The notes beneath the pieces were generated by a model. The model was not told the DNA's origin, ran no database searches, and saw nothing but the letters and a program-made list of their open reading frames with translations. Shown piece after piece: positions 39,101 to 51,100 of a stretch of 64,000 bases of DNA. The DNA is taken from NCBI GenBank assembly GCA_965113315.1, contig OZ220369.1; one strand, written 5' to 3'. Numbering within the stretch: the first letter of the stretch is position 1; each line of letters begins with the position of its first letter. The translations under genes were made by a program, and so were the position numbers. This stretch comes from Podarcis vaucheri. Lineage: Eukaryota.

Positions 39101-42100
39101 CAATACATCATGAAACTAACTCCTACCTGCAGAGAAACAGAGTACTGCCAAATCTTGCTAGAATGCAATGCCACAAAACATGGGTTTAACTTATTCTGCT
39201 TCAAAAAAAAGTCTCTTATAAACTGCAAACATACCCGCAATGCAGTGGCAAAGCTGTTCTTCAGGTTGGTAGCTATGCTCATCAACAAAGGCTCCCTACA
39301 GGTGATCATAGCCATACCAGCAGTCAAATTCCTCATCATGTGATGTGCCGCTACACGCATGCGTGACTCTTCTGAATCTAGTGCAAAATCCTTCCTCACT
39401 ATCTGCTCACACGTAGTCATGGCAATTTTAATGGACCGATCCACCACAGGATGTACAAGTTCTTGGACTGCACGCTCTATGGCTTGGCGCACACACTGCT
39501 TCAACTGTGGATGGGCCTGGAACAATGGAATCTGAGAAGGCAAAACCACCAAGAGTCAATGTCAACTTTTTATACACCATTGAAAGAAAGCATAAACTTA
39601 TCCCTTCCAACCTAAAGGTGGAAGTCTTCTCAAAGTGACCAGGTCTAAAAGCTTACCGTTGGATTGAGCGTAATGTGTGGAGCTAGCCCTCCCAGGGAGT
39701 AAACATTGATGTCATGGTAACTGTACTGTGGTTGTGGGGGAACAGTAGCTGTGCAAGTGGTGCTGGTAGCTGGTGTTGTAGAAGCAGCTGAGAAAATACA
39801 AGATCAAAAAGGATAAAAGTTTTAAGAGTATGTCCTAACATAGATTCAATACTACAAACTTGTTTTATAGGAAACAAAAGAATTTTGGCAACCAATATGA
39901 CAGTGTTTGCTCATGTCTAAAGACTTGCTGATAAGTCCGACAACGCTATTATCTTTGATATCAGAGATGTCACTTGAAAAGCAATCTGGAATTAGGTGAA
40001 CTGCTCAGGTAGAATGAGTACTAGAATTTACTGTAGTATTCCTATTACCAGGACGTGGGAGGGTATCTTGTGAAAGGTTATTCTACCCAGGACTAAACTG
40101 AATTCCCTGCCTCCAGGTTTGCTAAAACAGTTGTAGTGCTAATAACATTAAGAGTAAGAGAGAACAGATAACAGAAAGAAGATTCCTTACTAACTGCCCT
40201 GTGAGGTGCAGGCTATATTTGTATGATACAAGGATGACTGTATGAATCATCCTTGACACTTACTAGTGGTCGTAATTGGTGGAAGCTCTTCTGGTTGTTT
40301 TACATCTTTCTTTGGAGCAGACAGCTGTTCATCCAAACTTTTCAATCGATCTTTGTCTTTTAGGAGGTTCCCAGGTTTCAGGTCACTGATGTCAAGGGCA
40401 AGGTTCTTGCAGAGCACTTCAATTTCAAACTTCAGATTCAGCTGTACAATATTTAATGATTTCAGGTTTAATAATGTAATTATTAGTTATGTATACCTCC
40501 TATATAAATCTTAAGGCAAGTTCTGAAGAGCTACATGCTTCAAGGCAAATATTTTGAATGAGGTGAAAACCATTGGAACATGTGTAATTTTCTGGAGAAA
40601 GTCTATTCTCATTAAACTGGCTACAGCTCACTAGCTAAGCTCAAATCTTCAAACAGATGCATTGTAACAAGTTGTTCAAAAACAAAGCAATGCTGAGGAG
40701 CTCAAAGCAGCAAACTGAAACTTACTTTTAAGTCATGTTCCTGGTGCAGCTCTGCTAGTACATTCATAATAGCCATGGTCCAAGGATTTGGAGGCCGGAA
40801 AACCTACAAAAAGAGTGGAATGATAAAGTTAGCAATCCTGTTTCAAAAAAGGGGCTAGAACATCATTTAAATGGTGTTAGCAAAACAATGGAAACACGAG
40901 GCTGTAAACTTTAAGCCAAGGAGGAGAACCCAGTGCCTCCAGGTGCCGATGGCTGCCAGCTATCATCAACACTAACCAGAGGGTCCCACCTCTGCTTTGA
41001 ACTAACACACATGACACAAAATATATGCAAGTTTCTGCAAGTGTCATCACCTCAGTCCACCTACTTCCCTGCCCACGCTTGCCAGTCAAGGAGTAGCAAA
41101 AACCAAAACCCCTGTCCCCAGTACTAAACTAAGATTCATCTGAAAGTCCAGTTGTTTTCTCTCTGTTCAATGTGAGGAGCACTGTCCTGTGCTTTGGCTT
41201 AGGCTGCCAAGAGTCTTGGACCAATTCCGTCTACTTGTTTGTCACAGGACATAATACTTACCACACTTCTCACACTGGACTCCAAAACTTTGGCAACAAA
41301 TGGCACGACATACAGAAGTTCTTGCTGCCCCTTAACATAAGCCTCCAGCAGTAAGGATTTCACATCCAAATCCTAAAATAAAATGAGTATAAATTAAACC
41401 CAGCAATGGGCAGTCTCACACCCACAAATCAGATTCCTTTCTTTTTTTAAATTTTCTACATAGCCCCCCCAATTACAAAAAGGCACCAAAAACTGAGCTG
41501 ATTTAAGCATGCACTAAAGTTTCTAGCCTTAAAGCCAGTTTATGTTTTTCTCTTCCACCCAGTCTCACCGTGTGCAAGATGGGTTTGTTTTTAGCCAGTG
41601 TGATCATCCCCAGCCAGTGCCCCAGGTTCTTCAGCAAGGACCGGTCTGAAAAGTTGGCAGCAGCTTTATCTGATGTGAGTAGCACCTGAAGGATTTTTAT
41701 TCCAGAGAGATGAAATCTTAGTTAGCAGAAAACCATGGTAAATCCATGAAAGTGCATTAACCATCTTCTTGTAGAATTAGACTAATGTTATTTCAAACAA
41801 CAAATTTTAATTCGTCAACCAAATACAGCCTATAGCTATAAAGCAGGAAAAGAAAAGGAAAGAAGTAAATAAACAATCTCAGAAATATATTAAAACATAT
41901 GTGATAAAAAGCTTATAATATAGCATGTATATGTTATTATTAAATTAGTTTATAGACTGCTTCAAGGCATAAAGTCATCAAAGCAGTACACAAGGTAAAA
42001 ACAGAATAAAACAAAACATGAGCTCTAAAAGCAGAAAAATCAATTTAACCAACTGAAAACAGCAAAATGATATGGAGTACTTTCCTCTCTGCGATCTTGC

Positions 42101-45100
42101 TCAGGAGATCACTTCTCCTAGAAAGGCAAACTACTTATTTGGGAGCTAATTGTTTGGGTCCCTGAAGGACAACTGAAAACAATGCTCCAGGGCCCATCTG
42201 TAGCACAGAAACAGCAATCAAGGTAGTCCACCAACACATTACTTTGATGATCAAGTTCAATTAGTTTTCAAAATAGCAGCATCTAGCTCTGTTCATTGTT
42301 TTATTGCAGCAGCTGCAGCATAATCTTATGAAGGTGGTGGTATACATGGGAGAAAGTATTTTTTATTTTTATTTTTGCTTTTGCAGTGCCTCCCTGAAAG
42401 CAAATATTTTTCAGTTAACGTTCATGTCACAAAAAAGAGCAACTGGGAACACTCACCTTGATATTTCTGTAGGTTTCGTTGAGAACCATTTTGTTGAATT
42501 CTGGATTCTTAAGTGTGTCAAGGAAATTAGAATACAGGCTGTGGAAGTTTGGCTCAATACTAACTCTCTTCATCACAAGGTACTGTGAAACCCAAGGCAT
42601 GAACTCCTCTTTCACCGTTTCTTTCAGTTCCTCAACCTGGCTCCATAAACACGTTAAAGGGAAATGGATCAATGAAACATAATGTTCGTGACACTCACAG
42701 GCATTCGTTCCAGTGAAAATATTCAGTTACCAAGACTTGCAACCTAACTAGTCCCACACCACTAATTGATTTGCTTACTTCAATTAACCATTTATTTCCT
42801 ACTGTAAAGCCATTTATTTCTTCCTCTCCTGCTAACTCATCATGAACAATGCTGTGTGGACTCTGAGCTAGAAATATTATCAGCCAAGAAAACCAGAATT
42901 CAGAGATCTCTAGAAATCATGCAAATAAAATGGATTTGAATAATACTACTTCTCTTGATTAATAATAATGATTTTATTATTTATATCCCACCCATCTGGA
43001 TGGGTTTTCCCAGCTACTCTGGGTGGCTTACAGCATATATTAAAACATTGTAAAGAGTGCCAAAGCATTATTTTGCTAGGCTTCTTCCATGGTTTGGAAG
43101 CCATAAATGAGAAGAAACTTGCATCAAGAAAAAAATGATTAAGGTAAGCCAAGTCTGGCACCCAACATCACTTTTTATGTTCAATTAGGAACATATGGAG
43201 AGCCAGTTATGCAGTATAGAGACCTGATTATACAATGTGATAGAATAAATGTGTACGCAATGCCTTTTCCCCCGTTAAGTAGTATCAGTTGCAGATGATA
43301 AAATGTCCCTGCAGAAATCTGGCAGCAGATAAGGTTTAAAGTTTTTGACCTTTTGGTAGACAAATCTGATCACATTTTCCCAATATATGAGCAGCTAAAG
43401 GACTACCAAAGGCACAAAAGACTACCCCAAAATTATTTTAGATTTTACTTATTATATGCTAATTCATTATATTTATTTTATGTTTACAATTCTAAAATTT
43501 TGGAAGGCTGCTAAATAAAAAAAACCTTTGGCATGCATGCATGCATACATACATAGGCATAATTCTAGTTAGTTCTCTACATGTACAAGAATCACTCAAG
43601 GAACATAAATTATAAGGACTAAAATGTTGTGCGACACTTGCCTTCTGAGTCATGTTGGATTGTGACAGATTGTTGAAGATAAAAGCAATCTTTTCCTGCA
43701 CGTTTTCTGGGGGTTCAACAATTCTCTCTGTTTGATCTGTGGCTACTAACAGGGTGTCAATGTTGGTTGTATTAATAGAAGGCTGCAGAACAAGAAAAAT
43801 GATTTGCGGAAGTGAGTTGATTCAGTTAATGATACAACAGACCATCATGGACTTATGCTACAGCATAAACAATATTTCACAATACAGTTACAAAAGGGAG
43901 ACAACAGTTATACATGCAAAAAGGAGTGTACATTTAGTTTATGTGTTAGTGAATGATAGGAGTTAACTTAAGCTTGGGAATCTATAAGACACGAGGAGTA
44001 AGATTTTTGCTCACATGGGCAACAGAATAGTGAAAGAAAAAAATGACTTCATTAAACAAAGTAGAAATTCTTGGTACAAGAAACAACAGCCAGAAACGCA
44101 AACCCAGCAGGATTCCTTAGTTGAAACTGGCCCATCGAAAACAGTTTGGAAGAACTAAGAGTGAGAATAGAAAGCAGGAGAAGCAGCTAACGCCAACACA
44201 GGGAAGGAGACAACTGCTTGATATTTAATAGCAAAACAACAGAAAAAACAAAAATAGTCAGGTTATTATCCAGACTAGGCATACAAGAAAAACAAATCCT
44301 TTTTATTAGAGTGTAACTGTGGTTAAAGTAGCATGCTATGAACATTAGATGGGGTTTATCTTCCTTGTTTTACTCCTAAGAACTGATGCATGCGTAATCT
44401 CATTCTACTTCCTCCCGTAAAATGGCTCATGTACTTACTGGCACATCCTTCTTGAAGCTGACTCGACCCACTGGAGTGATTGTAGTCTTTGCCACAGTAG
44501 TAGTGGTAGTAGAGGTGGTGACTATAGTGCTAACTTGACCAGCAAGAGGAGTTTTTGCCGGAACCTGAGCCTGGGCCTGGGCCTGGGCAAGTGCAATACT
44601 TCCAGGGGTGGTGATTGACCCCTGCATCTTCACAGGAGGATCTCTAGACTGCTGTCCATATTCAATGTACTATAACAGACAAGAAGTATATAGCTCTTAA
44701 AACTCAACATACAACCACAGGTATGTAACAAATCTTACAACTGCCTTCTAGAACTACTCCCCAAACTCTTGGCCTTGAAGTTTGTGGCACAAATGAAACT
44801 CCATAAATGGCCTGAAATCACCAACAAAAGACATTTTACGTATTTTAGAAGTTTCCTTTTTGTCTTGGATCAATTAGCAATTCTAATGTTAACCCTGGAT
44901 TTTCCACTCCATCGTCTTTCTCCCATTCTGTGGGAGCAGAAGTAGCAGGAACTAGATCCAAGATGTGCCCTGCTTCTGCAAGGGAGGGTAAGCCTTCCTT
45001 GCAGACTTCAATGAGAGCAAAAAGTAGTAAACAGTGAAGTTATCCAGGGGTAGAAATATTCCAAATCCTATAGTCTAGATAAGGACAACAAATTTCCTGC

Positions 45101-48100
45101 AACCACTGATGAAGCCCATTTCCACAGATGACACACGATATTACAACTAAGAGACTAATGCTGTCTTTTCTGAAGCAAAGGTGTAAGAACTACAATTTGT
45201 AAGACTTTCAGTGTTATTAATCACAAGTAAATATTCAATACTGCATATAAAATATAGAAATCCCCACTGATTGGTGTGTTACTAACGTAGAGATCCTAAA
45301 CCAACATTGCTTTTAGTGTTTGGACTACAGCCTTTGGATCAGACCTTCAGAATCCTAATTCCACTGTCCCTGGTTTTGTTTGCTTTCAGAAGGTCTGGGC
45401 AGACAGACTGCTGTGCCTAGCGGTATGGATTTATTTGCTAGGAAAGACCATGTACAACTCAACCATATAAGAAGCTGCTTGGCAAGGATTAAAGTAATTG
45501 TCAAATGAACACTTCCAGTGGCAAAGGGCTACAGGTCTCCTTGAAAGGAGGTTTACAAAAAAGCGGACATGCATTAAGATTAACCTGTTTCTCTCCTCTC
45601 AGATGCATGGGCTACTCGCACTCAAGTTTTCCAGATCCTTTTGTACCTTCTACTGAATGGACCCTGAAGCATGAAACTAATGGAATGCTGAGGTTTTTCA
45701 ATATGCAAATACACCTAACTCAATTCAGATGTCCTCCCCCACCCCTCACTGTCCATGCCTTTAACACTCACCTCCTGCAGGTGATGAGGGAACTGTATAA
45801 AGTGACTAATGGAAGCCAAGTGCTGACAATACTGGGGATAGTCCTTCAATCTGTCAACAGTAAAACTATCCATTAGTAGGAGAAAACAAATGGCCTGATC
45901 AATGCATTAATGGTTAAATCTTTGGCTTAACTGATACTGGATCTGCAGTGAAGATTTCTGGCTCTACCAGATGCGAGCTAGTTAGCAAAAGTATGAATGC
46001 TATTGATGCAGCCAGTCATTCCAACTGTATGCTGCCAAGGCATAAGCACAAGGACACAAGAAGAACCTGCTGAATTAGGACAAAGGCCCATCTAGTCAAG
46101 AACTCTTGTTTTCATAGTGACTATCTAGATGCCCATGGGAAGCCCACAAGCAATACCTCAGCACAACAGCACTCACTCCACATGCAGTTCCCAGCAACTT
46201 GTATTCAGAGGCACACTATCTCCAAAAATGGAGGCAGAACATAGCCATTGTGGTACCTAGGAGCTATTGGTGGCTTTCTCCTCCAAGAATACTGCATATT
46301 GCAAAGGGGCCAACCTACCAAACAATAACACTTAGATCCACATTTATGGGCCACCCCCACAGATTGTGCTATTAGCTACCCTTTTCTAAAAACCCAATCA
46401 ATTTGTCAATATAGCTCTCATAGTTCCCAATAACATATTTGGAAAGAACCACAGCAGTCTTCTCAAGTGACATATGGCAGACATATGCCTCTTTACTAAA
46501 TACACAGCTTGTTGTTGCTCCCCTCTAACCCCCTCTAGAATTCCCTACCCTGTTGGCCCTCTTTCTTCTGTAGCTCTCCCCACAACATTCTAAATGCAGA
46601 AACAGTTTTTAATGCAGAACATTCTGCAATTTAAGGCTAATATAGGTACAGAATCCAATTTGCAAAATTCAGCCTTAAAAATGTTTAGATAACTAAATAA
46701 GTCAAGAAATCTCAGTCTTGCTTGTTAAATACACGAAGGCTAACTTCAATTTCAGAACTAAATGTTTGTTAGAACACCTGTCTGCTTAGATGTACTTTAA
46801 AGATAGGAATCCTTATGCTCTCTCATTTTATCAGCTGGATAGCTGTAAAACTATGACAGCTCTTTGAATGAAAATTTCTATTGAACAAGAAACCAATTCA
46901 AATATACAGCACCGAAAGGAAGAACAGTACAGAGTAATAATGGATAAAAATTACAAAGTCTCTCAGTAGGGATATTAAACAAAACCCCAAGTTGCACTGA
47001 TGTTCCAAAGGTGTACTAAAGTTCAGCGAATCTCAAGTTTTCATTAAAAACTTGTAGTAGTTATGGTTTCAGAAATTATCCTGAACATGACAAGTTTTCC
47101 CACAGGGGTATGAAGCTATGTATATCTTGCTCCAAAGATGCAGGAGATAAGGAACAATATGCAAACTGTCTGAAACAGATAGAAGGGTGCAGAATCACAG
47201 AGTGCTTGCCACAGGATTCACAGGGGTGGCATGGAGGAGTACACAGAGGTAGTGTGAAAGGAAGAGGGGAGGAAACTGACTACTGGGATGTGGAATGGTC
47301 ACACTGCTGTGGGGAGAGGAGAAATGGACTCAGACTGATTTCTACTGTGCAACAAAGAAGTAGCTACTTACCAGCACTTTTGACATGTTGGCATCTGGTA
47401 AGTGAGGCCCCCACTAGTTGTTTCTAGAGGGCCATGAATACTGCCTTGCAAAATGGATGAAAGTTAAGCTTTCCATCGTAACGAATCTTGGGAGAGTGAC
47501 CTTGCATGACCCAGACGTATAAAGTACAATCCAGGCAAAGTTATTTCAGTGGGAAAGAGGCTCCTCCCATTAATACAAATGAGACAAAAATGGGCTCGAC
47601 TTTAGCTGGATTGCTCCTAAGTCTTTGTAAGTCTACAAGGCAGCTTCACTTCCAGTAACACTGATTTGCTTTCTCCTTTTCCCCCCAGTAGCAATATTAA
47701 TATATATATGCCAACTGATACTTTCAAAGCCATTTTAAGGCAATTTCTATTCAGATTCATCAGATTCAGACTATAAGTAATTTACTTCCTTTTCATTTAT
47801 TTTAAAATCTGCATTCCCTTTATTAGTCGAAGGTTCTATTTAATTTATGCCTCTACTGTGAGACACATTCAATAACTGCAATATACTGTCAACCTTGTAT
47901 TGGAAAGCTAAATATATTGCTGAAGTAGGCATATAGTTATGAGATTCCCCCATGCATTTTGGAAATATTATAAAAACACACTCACCTATTTTTAAATCTA
48001 TCTAGTGCAGCAATACCAAAATAGTACATTTTGGATGTAAAAGGCTTTCGTAAGGCTTCAAGAACATAGCGCAAGGCCAGGCCCAGCGCCATATATGTAA

Positions 48101-51100
48101 CCAGTCCTTTCTCTATTATCCCACCAAAGAGGCAGGCTGTTATGTGCAGCTCTTTATCGGGGTACTGGGGGAAAAACCGATATTCCTCAAACAAGTTCCT
48201 CAGCATACAGTTAAATACTTCGCGTTCTCGTTTAATGTTGGAGTCCTTAAACCTCTGTAGCATTTCTAACACCTGTAAAGAAATCAGAATGTTATGAAGA
48301 GACTCAAGTTTATTATGCTTAGCCCTTGGAGCACCTACACAAAGTAAAGTTTGCTGAGAAAACCAGTAAAAATTTTGCTAGGGAAAATCTCACATGTATT
48401 ATTTATTTCTATTCTGCTTACTTGTCAAAAGGGTTTTTCCAGTTAACATGCTTGAATCAGAACGCTAAGAACAAATAATACTCGCTACATGCAGCTGGCC
48501 TCATTCACTGAAGTTTATGTCATTATGCTGGGTTTTGCACGTTTATATTCTGATGATTGTAACACCGTAAACACAAAACATTAAATAGTGTGTCCTAATA
48601 TTGCCTAAAATGTGTTCAGAAACGCATTCTAAAAGGGGAGACTCTAATTTGATCCAATTTAGTGTGCTGGGTCACCCAGACATTTAAGGCTCAGCAACTG
48701 CAGCTTTCTTTGCTAAGTAGCACTTTGTTGATTTAGGAACAACCCCCTCCCCTCAGGAGAAGTGTTCACCCAACAGAGGCACGAATCAAATTAAAGTGAA
48801 GTATAACTTTTCCCCACTGTGACATATAACAAGCAGACAAAACTTTCAGAACAGTTATCTTTCCACTGGACCCAACTTCAAACATCCAATTTCACTTGCA
48901 CAAAAGTTGTCTGCAACTGTATGAACATACATTTTGGGATTTTACAATTTAAATTTCCCTTAAACTGCAACCAAACAAAAAGCAATGTTGCAAGTACCTA
49001 CTTTCTCAAACTTTCCATAAGACTGAAAAGAAAGTCTACAGTAAGGAAGAAGGGCAAGTTGAGAGAGATGCCATTACTACCCACAGCTCACCTCGTCTAC
49101 AGACATAGTTGGATGCGGTGGGTGATTATAAATACGCTGAAAATAGCTGTTGGCTTCATCATCAATCTCTTTGCTAAAGTGCTGATTTGCCTCTGGCCAT
49201 ACCTGAGATAAGTCAGCTGTTGAAAAAAGTAGATACTAATTAAATAAATACACAAAATGGAGAGAAAATGTATTAATTTCATAATCACAGATCCAATGCC
49301 AAGGGAACAGAAGCAGTTTGGAATATTTCAGTAGATTTCATGATGATGCAGTCTCAGTCATATTATGAGCTCAAAGAGGTTGCTTTCCTGTCACTGTAGT
49401 TCTTTGAGCGGTCCTCCGTTCAGTTACATGTATGGATTTGTGTGCCTTTGCAAACCAAACTTGTAGAGATAAGACACGGAAAGGTTTTGGCAAGATGCCC
49501 TGTCTCAGCTACCAAGGTGCTTGCCAGCAGGATGTGGCTGCCCAGAAGAGACCAAAGAAGAGCAACACCAGCAGAGGGAGAAAGAAGTGAGCTGTGAGCA
49601 CAGATAACCACTCAAAGAGCTACAGTTACAGATAAGCAACCCATCTTTCTTCTTCATGATCAGTGTGTGGTCCCACATATGGAGACTAGCAAGCTGTCTT
49701 ACCTCAGGGTGGGAAAGGTACTGTCAGGAAAACAGTATGTTAAGTACAGTCCTTTCAATGACAGCATCCACTCAAACTTGCACATCAAAGGGGTAACCGT
49801 TTCACTGAAAGCAAGGTTGCAAGGCTGTGAACGTAGTAACTTCCCATGTCAAATGTGAACAGATTACTGATAGGGACAGCAAGCAAGCTCCTTTATAGAA
49901 AATCTGATAGTCATCCAGACCTAGTAAGAAAGTTGTTGAGTTGGGATTTGGGTACAATATAAAAAGAACTAAGTTCCAGTTAAGATGAAACACCAAGACC
50001 ACCTTCAGCAGGCACGAAAGATCAGATCAGATACATCACAACAAAGGATCAAGTGCACATAATCTTGATCATTGTGATTGGAGTTGGAGAAAGAACTTGG
50101 GGGGTGGGAAGTATTGGCAAGAGCAAGGCAGGAAGCATAGTAAGTTGGGGACAGCCACCCCAATAAGGAAAGAAAGAAGTTCCACGATGGGAGACTGCTG
50201 CATTGCAGAGGGGGTTATTGCCATGAATTCATGACAACTTGGGCAACTGTCAACAGCATGTTTTTCACCCAGGAACATTTCCTCCATCTATAGATAGAAG
50301 TGTAAGCCATCTTCCCAGCATTTCTTGAAGAATGTTCGCTGTGCTATAGGTATGAGAGGAGAAGAAACTGTGAGACAACTAAAAAGAGGATACACTAGGA
50401 GAGAAGAAGAAAATAAAGCTGAAGCTTGGCAAAGCAAGGAAAAATAGGGCCAAGTTGTGGTATAAATGGGAGGAAGCAAGCTCCAAAAGCTGCTGCAGCA
50501 GTCAAGAAGGCACTGAGCAGGAAAGAACGAGGTCTGCATCACCAAAATGTGGCATAGCTCTAAAGGGTTCTGAATGGTGTTTAGCTCAGGCATGTAACAC
50601 ATATGTGGGACTGCATATAGACCAAGAATTTAGTTGGAAAGGGCTGGTTTAGTTATGAGAACACATTTGTTCTTTATTAGCGATTATTCTGGAAGCGAGG
50701 AAAACAAATCTGAATGACTGCAGAATTAAAGTATCATTCATCCCTAGATTAGCATATTGGGCAGGATGCAACAAGCACTCACAGCATGCTGAACAATAAT
50801 GTGCAGGTACACTTTCAAACTTCTTCAGGCAAAGCAAGAGATTAGAGATCATCTCTGTTCCACAGGCTCACATTAATGTGTTTGCAGGTAGCGATGATTA
50901 TCAAAACATAATGGCCTTGCAAACTGTAGACGTACGTTCTCGCTACTTAAGTCTTCCCTGCCCAGAAGAGTCCTTTTATCTATTCCTGACACCAAACACC
51001 AAGCATTCCACATTCAACTGGCCACCTAACCCCTTGCTGACCCTCTAAAAACTACCACCCTAATACCAATGCTAGCATATTTCTACATCTTTCACCTATT

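Noticed and set aside
40229-40255. 9-bp hairpin CAAGGATGA/TCATCCTTG just after the exon 29 donor
   Set aside because: About two such short-loop 9-bp stems are expected by chance in 64 kb
41183-41251. 9-bp inverted repeat TGTCCTGTG/CACAGGACA after the exon 27 donor
   Set aside because: Chance level at this spacing; no snoRNA boxes in proper positions
41686-42456. SNORA46, hosted by human CNOT1 around this intron
   Set aside because: No recognisable match or H/ACA structure. A faint resemblance at 40100-40140 is too short. Needs an Infernal search.
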